In this document: positions 13,073 to 25,459 of the stretch, one piece after another | Numbering within the stretch: position 1 is the first letter of the stretch | Layout: the number at the start of each line of letters is the position of its first letter | Assembly (NCBI RefSeq): GCF_004010195.1 | Contig: NC_057718.1 | Location: 34,933,376 to 34,997,375 of the forward strand | Source: Chiloscyllium plagiosum | Lineage: Eukaryota | Reading direction: 5' to 3' | Length of the DNA stretch: 64,000 nucleotides | Notes under the pieces: model-generated | What the model was told of the DNA's origin: nothing | What the model saw: only the letters and a program-made list of their open reading frames with translations | Database searches by the model: none | Program-made: the position numbers and the translations under genes

Positions 13073-13834
13073 TAACACGAAGAAGACAAAGATCATCTTT
13101 AAAATTGCAAAGACTACGACCTCATGACATTATACACCTTGGCCTTGTGGTTAAGGTTTTCTGGGTCAGCTTGTACAAGGTAGCACAATTCACTTTCTCT
13201 TTCTCTAGCCTATCAAAGCAGTTACTTTCTGGGAATCCCAGTACTTTCCCAGTGGTTAATGGCTTCGGGTCACCCTGGCTTGCCATACCTTCATTCATAC
13301 AGACTGAGGTTCCAAAAATAAGTTTGGTATAAAGGAGCACTGAATACTTGAAATATGTTCATAATATTTCAATGACTCCAGTTGGCCAGTAAAAATCTAC
13401 AGCAGGCTCAAAGGGCCAAATGGCCTACTCCTGCTCCTATATCCTATATTTCCATGTTACATGCTAAACCGTGTGGTTTTCTATTTTCTGTAGGAGGATG
13501 GATTATTTGCATGAGTACATTTACAACAGATTGAAGTGCACCCACCAGCAAAAAGGCTGGCAACTACAGAGGCAGAGAAATCGGATCGGATTCTATTCTG
13601 AGAGCCCTTGCATACCCCAGTTGCATTGTAGGCAGCTATGTCACTTGCCTAGAAATATATGCCTGGCTGTTTGAAATTGGAAACTGGAAAGTCCTAGGTG
13701 ACCATACAACTATTTTTACGTTAATCCTGAGCACGATTATTAGTTACGCTAATGCTTTTGGCATTTGTATGGTCTGCCCCCACAATATTGAATGACAGCT
13801 GCCATCTTTTAAAAATACTTTTTGAACACGTATA

Positions 13835-14250
13835 ACAACAGCTTACTTTTATATCACACCTTTAATGTTTTAGGTGTTTCACGGAAGCATTACTGGATAA
13901 ATGTGGCACCAAGACAAATAGGGAGGTGCGAGGGCAAGTCAAGGAGGACAGGTTTTAAGGAACATTTTAGAATGGAGAGTGGTACAGAGGCAGAAAAGGG
14001 ATTCCAGAACTTGTGGATGATACTGGCTTAGAAATGAGGGATGTGCAGGAGGCCAAAGTTAGAGAAGAGCAATGATCTCAAGGTAAGGAATAGTTGGGAT
14101 GGGCTGGCTGAGTTGAAGGCCACAGGTGGGTATACATTGAGGAAAGGGTGCAGAAATGGAAGGATTTTAATACAAAAATACTTATCTTAAGATCAAAGCA
14201 TTGGACTACTGGGACTCTATGTAGGATGTTGTGCGGCAGGATTTGTTCTC
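13835..14250 (-). mobile_element. old L2-like LINE 3' fragment (similar fragment at ~31160-31380)
   Basis: CAACAGCTTACTTTTATATCACACCTTTAA..GGTTTTAAGGA pattern typical of a reversed L2 tail. Confidence 0.55.
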
Positions 14251-14399
14251 CATGTGTGGCTCAGATCTGAAGCACAGAGCATAACAGCTTCACTGTTCTC
14301 AAATCTAACATTACTAACATTCCACAGAAGGTGTCATCAGACTCAAGACATTACCCCTGGCCTGCATCCTATGATATTTTTGGCAAAATGTCAGTCACT

Positions 14400-14846
14400 C
14401 AACTACATTGAATAAATAGGCAGAAAATTAGCCACCAGGATACATGAACATCAACTAGCCATGAAAAGACATGATCCACTCTCACTAGTATCCTTAAGTA
14501 CGAATGAAGAAGGACACCACTTCGACTGGGACAACACATCCATCCTAGGACAATCCAAACGAGAATTCCTAGAAGCATGGCATTCCAACCAGAACTTTAT
14601 CAACAAACACATTGACTTGGATCCCATTTACCACTCCCTGAGAAAAAGAACAGAAAATGACATCACTACAGGAAATAGCATCACCACAGGAAATGACAAG
14701 ACCAATTCAAGGAAAGCTAAACACACAACTGGAAAGCAGGCCATGCCACCAGTGCTTCATCTAGAGGCTCACTGATGATGTTACCTAGTATGGTGACAAA
14801 ATGACTAAAAATGAACGTTCCAGCTTGTCAAGCAAACCTACATCCA
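14400..14846 (+). mobile_element. Penelope-like element (family C): GIY-YIG endonuclease 3' end plus terminal repeat with decayed hammerhead
   Basis: YI..IGRKLATRIHEHQLAMKRHD..GHHFDWDNTSILGQS..REFLEAWHS..INKHIDLDPIY, followed by CTGATGATGTTACC..GGTGACAAAA at ~14772-14802. Confidence 0.85.
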
Positions 14847-14959
14847 GTACAGACACTCAAGTTACGTGAAGGGTCTTTTAACCACAAAGCCTAATGGGAT
14901 TACTGGTCGTATCTTACCAAATTCGCCTCATTAATTGACAAAAAAAACTCAGGAAATCA

Positions 14960-15165
14960 GAAACAAAAACAGAAATTGCTGGAGAAATTCAGCAGGCCTG
15001 GCAGCATCTGTGGAGAGAAAGCTGAGTTAACGTTTCGGGTCCAGTGACCCTTCCTCTGATCTTTGCAGAGTTTTGAAGAAGGGTCACTGGACCTGTACTG
15101 TTAACTGTGCTTTCTCGCTATAGATACTGCCAGAACTGCTGAGTTCTTCCAGCAATTTCTGTTTT
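14960..15165. mobile_element. palindromic short PLE derivative (two inverted terminal-repeat halves)
   Basis: AAAACAGAAATTGCTGGAGAAATTCAGCAGG...TTTCGGGTCCAGTGACCCTTC is inverted relative to GAAGGGTCACTGGACC...CTGCTGAGTTCTTCCAGCAATTTCTGTTTT. Confidence 0.85.
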
Positions 15166-15279
15166 AAATTGCAATTTATTAACCATCCTTCTCTCTTATG
15201 ATGTCTCTCACTCTAACTCTAGACCCCTCTTGCCACTGCCAGGGTAGCCTGGATTTGACTGACATCTCTGGCACTGAGA

Positions 15280-15880
15280 CCACCTTTAAAAGCTTGCTGT
15301 GCACCAAGACAAGCACTGTTAGTCTGGAACTGTCCTGCAAGTGGGCAGCGGTAAGACATCCTCTACCTTCAGGACTAACACAGGAGACCCTGACACCAGA
15401 TGATGCCAGCCTGATGCCAGTTACCACCAGGTCAGTGCAGTCTCAGCCATTTGGAGGAATATAAAGAAATGTAGGAAGAAAGTCCACCTTCTCCACTCCA
15501 CCAGCACAAGTGCCATTATTTTCTTTCCGATACTCACGTTCACTTTGTCTCCGGTACTGTACCTACCTCCCACCGAGACTTATGCTCTGCCAATCTCACT
15601 TTTGCCTGCAACATTTTCCCTCACTTGCTTTCATCAGCTCAACCTCCAACATCACTAACCCTGCATATCCCCTGTGCTGTTTACTCACTCACTCGGAATA
15701 TCTGGCCATCTGTCCCAGAAATAACATCGGTGCTACTTACTTTCATCTCTCATATTGTCTGCCTTCCTCTCATTCCAGGAGGAGAACTACACCCAATAAG
15801 GCAGAAAGAGTCTAGGCGGTTGGTGAGCTGGCCAAGGTTTAGCTCCTCTCCCTTTATGTGGCAACTCTGACTGCCCTGAG
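15280..15880 (+). pseudogene. Harbinger-associated Myb/SANT DNA-binding gene remnant with intron
   Basis: VSAVSAIWRNIKKCRKKV (15431-15484), then after acceptor TCATTCCAG (15778) TTPNKAERV*AVGELAKV*LLSLY; matches the QCRKKVNDL / HNKRER..TGGG pattern; in-frame stops. Confidence 0.7.
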
Positions 15881-16064
15881 CAGCTGACTGACTGCGCCAA
15901 TGTTTCTGGACTGGTACCCGATGCTGCCCTGGATGATTTGGGATCATGTCCCTGAGCACACAGTTTCCTTCCTGCTGCAATGATAGTTGTTGGTACAGCC
16001 CAATGTGCAAAATCACACCCTAAGTGGATTAGAGATGTATCTTGAAGATTTTTAGAGGTTGGCA

Positions 16065-16263
16065 CACAATGCTGAGGAAAGGCTGAGGCACTTGGGGTTG
16101 TTTTCATTGGAGAAAAGAAGGTTTAGGGGTGACTTGATAGAGGTGTGCAAGATGATTAGGGGTTTAGATAGGGTTGACTGTGAGAACCTTTTTCCACGTA
16201 TGGAGTCAGCTATTACGAGGGGGCATAGCTTTAAATTAAGGGGTTCTATGTTCTATGTTCTAT
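16065..16263 (+). mobile_element. CR1 LINE fragment
   Basis: EERLRHLGLFSLEKRRFRGDLIEVCKMIRGLDRVD..TRGHSFKLRG, joined to a (TTCTATG)n tail. Confidence 0.9.
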
Positions 16264-16303
16264 AATGGATGCCAATGTCTGTGACCATGGATTATGCTCT
16301 GAG

Positions 16304-16590
16304 AGGTGGCATGGTGGCTCAGCGGTTAGCATTGCTGCCTCACAGTTCCAGGGACCTGGGTTCAATTCCAGCCTTGGGTGACTGTCTGTGGAGAGTTTGC
16401 ACATTCTCCCCAAGTCTGCATGGGTTTCTGCAGATGCTCCAGTTTACAAAGATGCGCAGGTTAGGTAGATTGGCTGTGTGACCAGGAAATTCTAGGCTCA
16501 GTGGATTAGCTATGGGAGATGCAGTGGGATAGGGTGAGGAGCTCGCTCTGGGTGGGATGCTCTTCAGAGGGCTGAATGACCTCCTTCCGC
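16304..16590 (+). mobile_element. HE1-like V-SINE, diverged
   Basis: GGTGGCATGGTGGCTCAGCGGTTAGC..GGGTTCAATTCC..GGAGAGTTTGCACATTCTCCCC. Confidence 0.9.
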
Positions 16591-17393
16591 ACAATATGAC
16601 ACTCTCCACAGGTACTGCCAGAGATGCTGTATTTCCCCAGGACTTTCTGTTTTGATTTCACCCTGAGTAACCTGCCTCTAGTCACTAAACCTTTTTTACT
16701 TGTTGATGCAAAGCAAAGTGAAACCAGACATGGTCCTACTCCTGTAATGACTGTGTTGCCTTTTATGTTGATATTTCTCTTAATATAAAAGTAATTCGAT
16801 CCCTTTGATGCCTACAACTTGGTTTCTAACAACGAAGCAAAATAAAATTGTCAGCACTTTATGATCTTTAACAGTTCAAAAACTGAAACTGTTTTCAGTA
16901 TTTGACGTTTAAAGGTGTCCAAAGATTACTTGGGTTATATTGAAACTTAATAAATTCTGCATTTATTGTGGAGATGCTTGGGATATCAGGAAAGTATGCA
17001 ATGTGGCAGGTAATAGTTTTGGTGGACAGTCTCATAGGTGAAGTGTAGAGAAATATGAACTGTTGAGTGCATTCGTGACAAGATGGCAACCTTTGTCCAT
17101 GCCCTTAGGACTGTCCACTGGTAACTGACTGTCCAGCCATCTCATTGATCCCAACCACATTACTTTTCTGAAAAGAATGTTCATGGCATTTTGCAGGTCA
17201 TTCCTACATGTATGTCAACTCCCTGTTGTTATGTTGTGGACAAATTCAATAACTATTTTGGATTGACTTTTTTTTTCAAGTTAGAATTAATAATGAAAAG
17301 CTAAAGGTTTTATCAATAGAATTAGAAACTAATTAAAAACCACAAACTACCTGGCACTTACTATCTTGGGATTCAAGGTGTGCACAATGTTGA

Positions 17394-18158
17394 GGAGAAA
17401 GTGAGGACTGCAGATGCTGGAGAGTCAGAGTCGAAAAGTGTGGCGCTTGAAAACACAGCAGATCAGGCAGCATCCAAGGAGCAAGAGAGTCGACGTTTCA
17501 GGCATAAGCCTTTCATCAGGAATGTGGAGGGGAAAAGGGGGGTGGGGCTGGGGGGAAGGTAGTTGGGAAGGTGATAGGTGGATGCAGGTGAGGGGTGGTT
17601 GTGATAGGTCAGTGGGGAGAATGAGCAGATAGGTGGGAAGGAAGATGGATAGTTAGGACAGGTCAAGAGGCAGTATTGAATTGAAGGGCTGGATCTGGGA
17701 TGAGGTGATGGGAGGGGAGATCAGGAAACGGATGAAGTTGATGTTGATGCCGTGAAGTTGAAGGGTCCCAAGGCAGAAGATGAGGTGTTCTTCCTCCAGT
17801 CGTCAGGTGGCTTGGATTTGGCCGTGGAGGAGGCACAGGACTGGCATGTCCTTGGGGGAGTGGGAGGGGGAGTTGAAGTGGTTGGTCACAGGGTGTGGGT
17901 TGCTGCGTGTATCCAAGAGATGTTTGGTGCGTGTGTCCAAGAGATATTCTCTGAAATGCTCCGGAAGTTGGTGTTCCATCTCCCCAATGTAGTGGAGACC
18001 ACATTGAGAGGAACGGACATAGTAGATGAGGTGGGTGGATGTGCAGGAAAATCTCTGCTGGATGTGGAAGGATCATTTGTAGCCTTGGACGGAAGTGATG
18101 GGGGTGGTGTGGGCGCAGGTTTTACACCTCCTGCGGTGGCAGTGGTAGGTGTTGGGAG
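17394..18158 (-). mobile_element. Penelope-like element (family A), 3' part: GIY-YIG remnant plus terminal repeat with hammerhead
   Basis: similar to 50820-51421; possible TSD TGTTGA (17388-17393/18159-18164); hammerhead core at 17488-17523. Confidence 0.9.
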
Positions 18159-19004
18159 TGTTGACATTAAGTTAAATTCGAAGCTGCAATATCAAACTTA
18201 CAGAAGCAGGAAATTAGTGGGTAAAATTCAGTCAGCCAAAAGTGGACATCAACATACTGGGAGGATGGACAGACAAGTGGCAGCTGCAGGTTGAATAAAA
18301 GTTGGAAAGTACACTATTTTGGAAAGAAGAATACCAAAAAAGACATTGAGAATTTCTCAAAACAGTAAAGAAGTGAAGGAATATTAGCCTATAGATATAT
18401 CCATCCATAAAGTCAATAGGCAAGGTTTAAAAATATCATGAGCTAATGCTAGATCTTATATTTAAAACGAGGAAGGTCAAAAGAGTGAACTGAACATGAG
18501 ATTCTTTACTACCAGTTTAGATTAATGCTAATTTAATTATGCCATTCAAAATCACCCGAGCAATAAAATAAAAAAGTGATTGATTGATAACATATGGGGA
18601 AGAAAACTGAAAAATAAGATTGCATAAATCTAGCCTCTGAAAGGATTCTAAATGCATAAAGAATTGTATACATTCTTCAAAAACAAAATGCTGCATTTGT
18701 TGGAAATCTGAAATAAAAATAGGAACTGCTTGGCAGTTCTGACTGTTTCCTGTGGAGAGAGAAACACAGTTAGCATTTCAGGTCAATTATCTTCCATCAA
18801 AACTTATGTGACTTATTCTTCTGAAAGAATAGAACTTCTATATCTCTATCTTGGTAAAGTTAAGCAATAACTTCCACAGAATTCACAGGAATATCTATTA
18901 TTGCTGTAGGTTCGGTCCAGTTGTATAGGTTTGTGTAATGCATACTTTCAGATCAGGTTAATGAGTTGGCAGTGGCACACATCTATCCTTTCTTATCTAA
19001 CCAA

Positions 19005-19142
19005 AGAACAAAGAGAACAAAGAAAATTTACAGCCCAGGAACAGGCCCTTCGGCCCTCCAAGCCTGAACTGATCCAAATCTACTGTCTAAACCTGTTGCC
19101 CAATTCCTAAGCATCTGTATCCCTCTGCTCCCCACCTACTCA
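19005..19142 (-). mobile_element. CR1 LINE 3' tail
   Basis: (AGAACAA)n microsatellite then CAGGAACAGGCCCTTCGGCCC..GCATCTGTATCCCTCTGCTCCCC. Confidence 0.75.
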
Positions 19143-19159
19143 CCAGTTTATAACCAGTT

Positions 19160-19435
19160 CTACCATCCATTTTTAGGATGAGATGTTTCAACCACGTCTC
19201 CATCTTCCATTTCAGGTGGATATAAAAGGAAGGGGAAGGGAATTATCCCATGAATAGATCAATAGTTATCCCTCAATCAACATCTAAAAAGCAGATTATC
19301 TGGATGTTATTACATTGCTGTTTGTGAGCACATTACTGGCATTTTCCTGCTTCACACAGTAACTACACTTCAAAAACTACATCATTTGCTGTAAAGTGCT
19401 TAGGTGTATCCTGACCACTTTGCAGTAAGTGCAAG
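19160..19435 (+). mobile_element. Deu-domain SINE (SacSINE1/AmnSINE1-like), decayed
   Basis: TATCCCTCAATCAACATC..CAGATTATCTGG..ACATTGCTGTTTGTG..ACTACACTTCAAAA..GCTGTAAAGTGCTT. Confidence 0.7.
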
Positions 19436-20264
19436 GTTTTAAAAGTTTTTTTAAAAAACAAACTATTGAAAATGGAGTGAAATTGGCAGAGAAAGGAAAA
19501 TCCAGTGGCAGCTCACATGTGGAAACATACTGGCAATTACATTATCACAGTGACCCGATTACAATGGGCAAGATTTCTATCGGAGGATGGGGAATTTGAA
19601 ACAAAGAAAGATTTGCTTTTATGCCGTATGTGAGACAAGGAGAGGGAGGGAGGGGGATTGTAACTACTACACATCGAGGATAGAATACAAGTGATGCTGC
19701 TGAACTAGGGATTGGGATAGCGCCTTTCAGATATACTGAATCAGTCCTCTACCAGGTAACTGTGTTAGAAGAATCTGCTTTAACTATTTAATTCTGTGCT
19801 TGGTATCAATAGGGGCTTTTAGAAACCAGTGGACATCACTGCGGCTGAAGTGCAACATAAAGTTGGACAATATTGCTTTCATTTAACAAGTTTCCGTTCA
19901 CCTTTTATAAGTTTCCTTCAACTATTTGATTGTGCTTTTGTTACAAGGGTTTGTTTGAAAGTAGTGGAGTCAAAATTGATGAGCTTGACTACATGTAGAT
20001 TATCTGCATCCCTTGACATTTTAAAAGCATCCTCTCAAAATTCTCCAAAGTATATAAACGGTTATGCTTGATTTCCAAACATGATTCTTAATTTATAACA
20101 CTAATAAATAATCGCAGTTTCCATTGAAACTGGTGTAAATCATTGCCTGCTCTCCTTGACCTTTTTGGGCCTGTCTATTCTCTACTGTATTGACCTCTTT
20201 TCAAGTGGAACGTTTTGTCCAGTCAGAGGGCTAACATTTTTGAGGGCTCCTGAAATACTAGGGA

Positions 20265-21586
20265 TACAATCATGCCTCAACAGCTACCTCCTGGTGGCTC
20301 TGACCTCCACAACTGTGAAGTACTTTGAGATGCTAGTCATGACTCACATGAACTCCAGCCTCCCAGGCTCCCTTGCAATTTGCCAACTGGCTCAATAGGT
20401 CCATGGCAGACGCCATTTCCCTAGCCTTAACCTCATCCCTGGAACATCTGGATAATAAGGATACTTACATATTGACTACAGCTCTGCCATCAACACTATA
20501 ATCCCAACCAAACTAGTCTCCAAATTCTGTGACCGAGGTCTCAGCCCCACTCTTTGCAATGAGATCTTCAACTTTCTGACCCACAGACCGCAATCAGTGA
20601 AGATAAACAGTAGCACCTCCTCCACGATAAACTTCAAAACTGGCACCCCACAAGGATGCGTACTTAGCCCTTATTGTACTTCCTGTACACTCACAACTGT
20701 GTGGCCAAACCTCACCCCAACTCCATCTACAAGTTCGTTGACAGCACCACTGTTGTTGGCCAGATATCAAAAATGGCGAGACAGAATACAGGAAGGAAAT
20801 AGAATGTTTAGTGTCATGGTGCGAAAATAATCTCTCCCTCAATGTTGGCCAAATTAAAGAACTGATCATCGACTTCAGGAAGAAAGGAGGAGGACCTGCC
20901 CCTATCTACATTAATGGAGCTGAGGTGGAGATGGTCGAGAGCGGGAAATTCCTAAGAATGATGATCACCAACGATCTGGTTTGGACCACCCATGTCCATG
21001 CAATGGCCAAGAAGGCATAGCAACCTCTTCATCCTCAGGAGGCGAAGGAAATTCAGCATGTCCACAAGGATCCTCAGCAACTTTTACAGATGCACCCTAG
21101 AGACCATTTTATCTGGATGTATCATGGCTTGGTACGCCAATTGCTCTGCCCATGACCGTAAGAAACTACAGAAAGTTGTAAACACAGCCCAGACCATCAC
21201 GTAAGCCAACCTCCCATCCATTTACTCCATCATCACTTCTTGTTGCCACGGAGAGGCTGCCCATATCATCAAAGACACCTCCCACCCCAGTTATAATTTC
21301 TTCTAACCTCTTCCATCAGGCAGAAGATACAAAAGCTTAAACGCATGTACCAGCACAATCAAGAACACCTTCTTCCCTGCTGTTATTAGACCGCTGAGTG
21401 GACTTCTCAAATTTTACATCGAATATTGACCTTGCTTCTGCACACCTCCTGTGCAGCCATAATGTTTCATGGCGTGTTTTATTCTATCATCCGATGATCT
21501 GCATGTTTGTTATGATCTACCTGCACACAAAGTAAAATTTTCACTGGACTTGGGTACATGTGACAATAAAATATCAAATCAAATCA
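20265..21586 (+). mobile_element. Rex1/Babar-clade LINE, 5'-truncated and decayed
   Basis: [85 protein letters not shown]; tail GTACATGTGACAATAAA(ATCAA)n. Confidence 0.92.
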
Positions 21587-21956
21587 GGTGGGTTGGGGCT
21601 GAAAATATCAGCTCACACAAGGTAGTGTGTCACTGCCAAGATGTTGACTGTACCTGAAAATTCTACTATAGGAGCTGAAGGCAGGATGGGAATCCGGTCC
21701 TACACCCATTGAGATTAGTTAAACATCAGGGCTGTGCAACTAGATTACAGGGCACCTTTTTACAATTGAGAAGGAGAGATGTCACTTAGTGCCAGTCTCC
21801 ATATGCAGTTGGCATCCCCAGTTATTGTGTGGGCACAAGAATGGGCAAGAGGCTGTTCAGGACAGTTGGGCAGACACCTGCCCAGAAGAAGGCTCTGTCT
21901 GACAATGGGGAACATAACTGTCAGATTTTGGACCAAGTGCACCCTCTGCAGGATAG

Positions 21957-22009
21957 TGTGCTTCTAATTAAACCTGTTGGACTATAACCTGGCATTGTTT
22001 GATTTTTAA
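21957..22009 (+). mobile_element. 53-bp PLE family-B terminal fragment with 13-bp TSD
   Basis: TGTGCTTCTAATTAAACCTGTTGGACTATAACCTGG..GATTTTTAA flanked by CTCTGCAGGATAG (21944-21956) and CTCTGCAAGATAG (22010-22022). Confidence 0.85.
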
Positions 22010-22087
22010 CTCTGCAAGATAGGCATAGATGCAGGCATTAGGAGGACAGGGAAAGTGGTAAAAGACTGGAAAGCAAGGAAGAAAAAT

Positions 22088-22885
22088 CACCCAGTACAGG
22101 ATCTAGTGCCTAGGCCAGAGCTACGTTGAAATGACTGTGAAGCAGTGCCATACGATGCCACAGGTAGATAACTACAGGCATCTTTGCCCTCATTGACAAA
22201 GACCTCCACGTGGTGATAATCATGTCCAGCCGGTAGTCTCAACGTCACTAAAATACTGCACGCTACCACATCTCGCTGCTTGGTGATGCCCTTTGTGCCA
22301 GAGCTAGACAAGACATTAATTTAATCATAGACACAACCTCTTGGAGACAATGGGTATTGGGTTCCACCTCCACGGCTGGACTCCCAATCACTCCCAGCTT
22401 GTTGATGATTGGCCACTCCAATCCACCAACAGGAAAGCCTTTCACTCCCTGACTAGTCAGCAGGTCTACAAACACAACTAGAAATGGCTAGGATTCTGCT
22501 CACACTTTCTGGCAACTGCTCTGACTCCCTCACCTCGTGCCAATCGATACGATCTCAGATCTTCATTACAGCCCTCGGAGTGTGTGGATGGATAATAGGG
22601 GAAAGGGAAACCTCTTAAACACATGATCACTTCACTCCCAGACAAGAGGTGATGCAAAGAACGCTCCAAAAGACAACCATTGAGCAAGCCACTATGCTCC
22701 TGAAAATGCATTTCTGGGCCTGGACCAGACTAGTGGTACCCTCCAATGCACTCCTGAAAAAGGGCCCAGTCATTGTGTTTGTCAGCTGGGCTCTCCATAA
22801 CAGGGCCATCCCATGGAGATGTGGACCTTGAGGAAGTTGAAACCTTGGAAGGAGACAATCATTGGAAGAGAAGCAGAGAGAGTGA
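22088..22885 (+). pseudogene. HARBI1-like (PIF/Harbinger DDE_Tnp_4) transposase pseudogene
   Basis: ordered motifs across frameshifts: QSYVEMTVKQC, GIFALIDKDL, DALCARA, AGLP, NRKAFHSL.SQ, GWIIG.KG.PL, TTIEQATMLLKMHF, LDQTSGTLQCTP, VIVFVSWALHN. Confidence 0.85.
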
Positions 22886-22899
22886 GGAGGAAGTGGAGG

Positions 22900-23480
22900 C
22901 AGAGGGACACGGTGCTGAACAGAGAAGGTCTCCTGTTGCATGACACTGTAGCCTAGTCCTTTCACAGTTTGTGACGAGCGGCTCCCTGCTCTACCTCCTA
23001 GCCTCCAACATGAGATAAAGGATGATGCAAGAGGTGAATCTGCTCTGGATGTGAGGTCTTGGGTTCCCTGTGATATCTCTCTTCTCTCTGATCCTACAGA
23101 AAAGATTTTGATACAAACTGCAGATCTCTCCCTCTGGACAAACATCATCCTTAATGACTGTGGTGTCTAAGTGTGTCCTACACATCACTGACACACCTCC
23201 ATTCCCACACTCTGTTGACTCGAAGTGGTTAAATCTGACCTCCAGACCAAAAAGGAGTTTCCTCTTTCTGTCAAACAAGAAGTACAATGGGTTGGATTTT
23301 ATGGTTTCCAATGGGGTGACTGCAGGGGACAAAGTGTGTAGTCCATGCACTCCTACCCCACCACCAGAGTCCACTACATCAAGGGTCAAACAGCCATTAG
23401 TAGCTGCCTGGCGGGCAAGTGGCCATTTAGTGTTGCAGATGGGATGTCCATCAGGCAGTAGAGCAGGTATGCCATAAACA
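22900..23480 (-). mobile_element. probable convergent second gene (Myb/SANT C-terminal part) of the same Harbinger element
   Basis: GC-richer, coding-like sequence directly abutting the transposase 3' end; identity inferred from position only. Confidence 0.3.
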
Positions 23481-23775
23481 GGAAGTCAGTCAGAAAACAC
23501 AAATGTAAAAGTCCCTTGTATTCTCAAGCTGTCTTTATTTCTTACAGTAAGCTCAAAACAGTGAATAAACAAAATCAAAAGAACGTGCAGCCACTGCCAC
23601 CTCCACCAGCAGATTCTAAATGCAGCCAAGGTCTCCTTGACAAACCTTCAGTTTTGCCCTAATTCCTTGCGTGAAGGACTCTGAGATCTCTTCCAATCCA
23701 GCATCTGTGAACAACAACAATTTTATAATCACTTGGCTCTTTCTTGAACTCAATAGCTTGTTCACTGGTTATTTA

Positions 23776-23996
23776 AAGATGGCAGCCGGCTCACATTTTG
23801 GCTTGAAGACTTCAGAGAGACAGCCTAACACCATCGTATCAAATTGTTCATACAGTGGGGGAGCGGGGGAGGTGGGGGAGACGGGTGCGTAGCCAGTCCA
23901 ATGTCACAGTTATCAGATGTGTTTGTTGCTTAGAAACCGTAAACGTATGCAGTTTAAGTTGCTAGAAACAGCAATAAACAATGGCTCATGTTTAAC
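23776..23996. promoter_or_regulatory. candidate RFX/forkhead cis-regulatory module
   Basis: X-box-like GTTGCTTAGAAAC (23925-23937) and GTTGCTAGAAAC (23958-23969); forkhead-like TGTTTGT, GTAAACG, AATAAACAA; CCAAT ~23898; G-rich box 23857-23880; YY1-like AAGATGGCAGCC 23776. Confidence 0.4.
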
Positions 23997-24689
23997 ACTG
24001 TGCCATGTATTAAATTAAAGTAAGTGTAAGCAGACACAGATGACCAACTGACGCTTGAATGTTTAAGTGCTTTCACCTGTGTGCTCCCTCACATATGCAA
24101 TCCTTTCCTGGAACTGCCTGGTCATGGACTCTCCTTACAAGAGCCCTCCATGTGACCATTGACTCACAGCCGACCAGATGAGATGAACATTCACAAACAT
24201 TTTCTTTTGCCAGACATCCACACGGGCTGTTTGTTCAGTTCCTGTAGTCTGACTCAGCTGCTCATGATGTCTGCTTGTCTCGCCAGTTTCAAGTTTCATT
24301 TCCCTCTGAGTATTGTGTATTTTTTTAAAATCCCTTATAACTTTTTCCCAGCTGGTATTCAACAGTTCACAAAAATAAGAGGCATGTGAGCTGATTGCAT
24401 GTAAATTATTTGAAAGCAACCCAACAAGGATGAAACTGTAATAACTAAAACGAGGAAATTCATTTTAACTGTGCAATTTTTTTTACTGTGCTGCCCTCCT
24501 GACTAAGAGGTGAAGTGTAACACTTGCAAGTGAGTCACACTTTAATAGAATAGGCATTGACAATACTTTTATTCAAGTTGCATGGTAATAAAATTCTGTG
24601 CTTTGTTAATTTTTCTCACCAAGTACTCTCCATCCCTTCACTTTCATCTCCTTTGAAAGATTTACTTGTTGGATTAAATTCTGGATGCT

Positions 24690-24900
24690 GGGTTTCCTGT
24701 ACCATTTCTCTCGAGTAACTGTCCTTACTATGTGAGCTTGCATGCTGAGTGACTATTGAACTACACGAAGCATCTCACTTAAGCACAACTGATATCTAAT
24801 GCCAAAACATGTAGTCAAGAAAAAGTAGCTGGAGAGCAATTAAGAGCAGGAAACAAGGTCACTTGCCATCTCCCTTGAGGACAACAGTAATAGCTGCACT
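24690..24900 (-). mobile_element. ancient tRNA-derived SINE remnant (same family as 51490-51790)
   Basis: minus strand TTCCTGCTCTTAATTGCTCTCCAG..TTCAATAG..AAGCTCACATAG. Confidence 0.45.
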
Positions 24901-25141
24901 TTGAGTTTCCACATGGCTGAAAACAGCATGGAACGTAATCTTAGTGTGGTCATGGTTTTCAGGAGTGGAAGGCAACAAAGGAGGAAACAAAAAATGGAGG
25001 GAATGTTTCTTTTAACATTCGTCTTTTCGTCTGAATTTTTACAAATTGATTTTAAAAAGGTTTCCTTTAAAAGCCATTCTAAAATATATGATAAAAATCA
25101 AAGTACTTTTCTAAACACCAAGAAAGCCCAGTTTGGTCTTA

Positions 25142-25459
25142 GGGGCAGCACGATGGCTCAGTGGTTAGCACTGCTGCCTCACAGCACCAGGGTCCCAGGT
25201 TCGATTCCAGCTTCGGGTGACTGTCTGTGTGGGGTTTGCACATTCTCCCCGTGTCTGCGCAGGTTTCCTCTGGGTGCTCCGGTTTCCTCCCACAGTCACA
25301 AAGATGTGCAGGCCAGGTAAATTGGCTATGCTAAATTGCCCATAGTGTTAGGTATATTCGTCAGAGGGAAATGGGACTGGGTGGGTTACTCTTCGGAGGG
25401 TCAGTGAGGACTAGTTGGGCTGAAGGACCTGTTTCCACACTGTAGGGAATCTAATCTAA
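25142..25459 (+). mobile_element. HE1-type V-SINE, near full length
   Basis: A box TGGCTCAGTGG, B box GTTCGATTCC, V domain, tail GTTTCCACACTGTAGGGAATCTAATCTAA. Confidence 0.95.

Noticed and set aside
13140..13340. Minus-strand exon candidate (LLYTKLIFG...)
   Set aside because: Weak splice sites, sits between CR1 tails, phase incompatible with the neighbouring candidate, no recognisable homology
22088..22885. Functional domesticated HARBI1 gene
   Set aside because: Multiple frameshifts and stops; catalytic motifs lost
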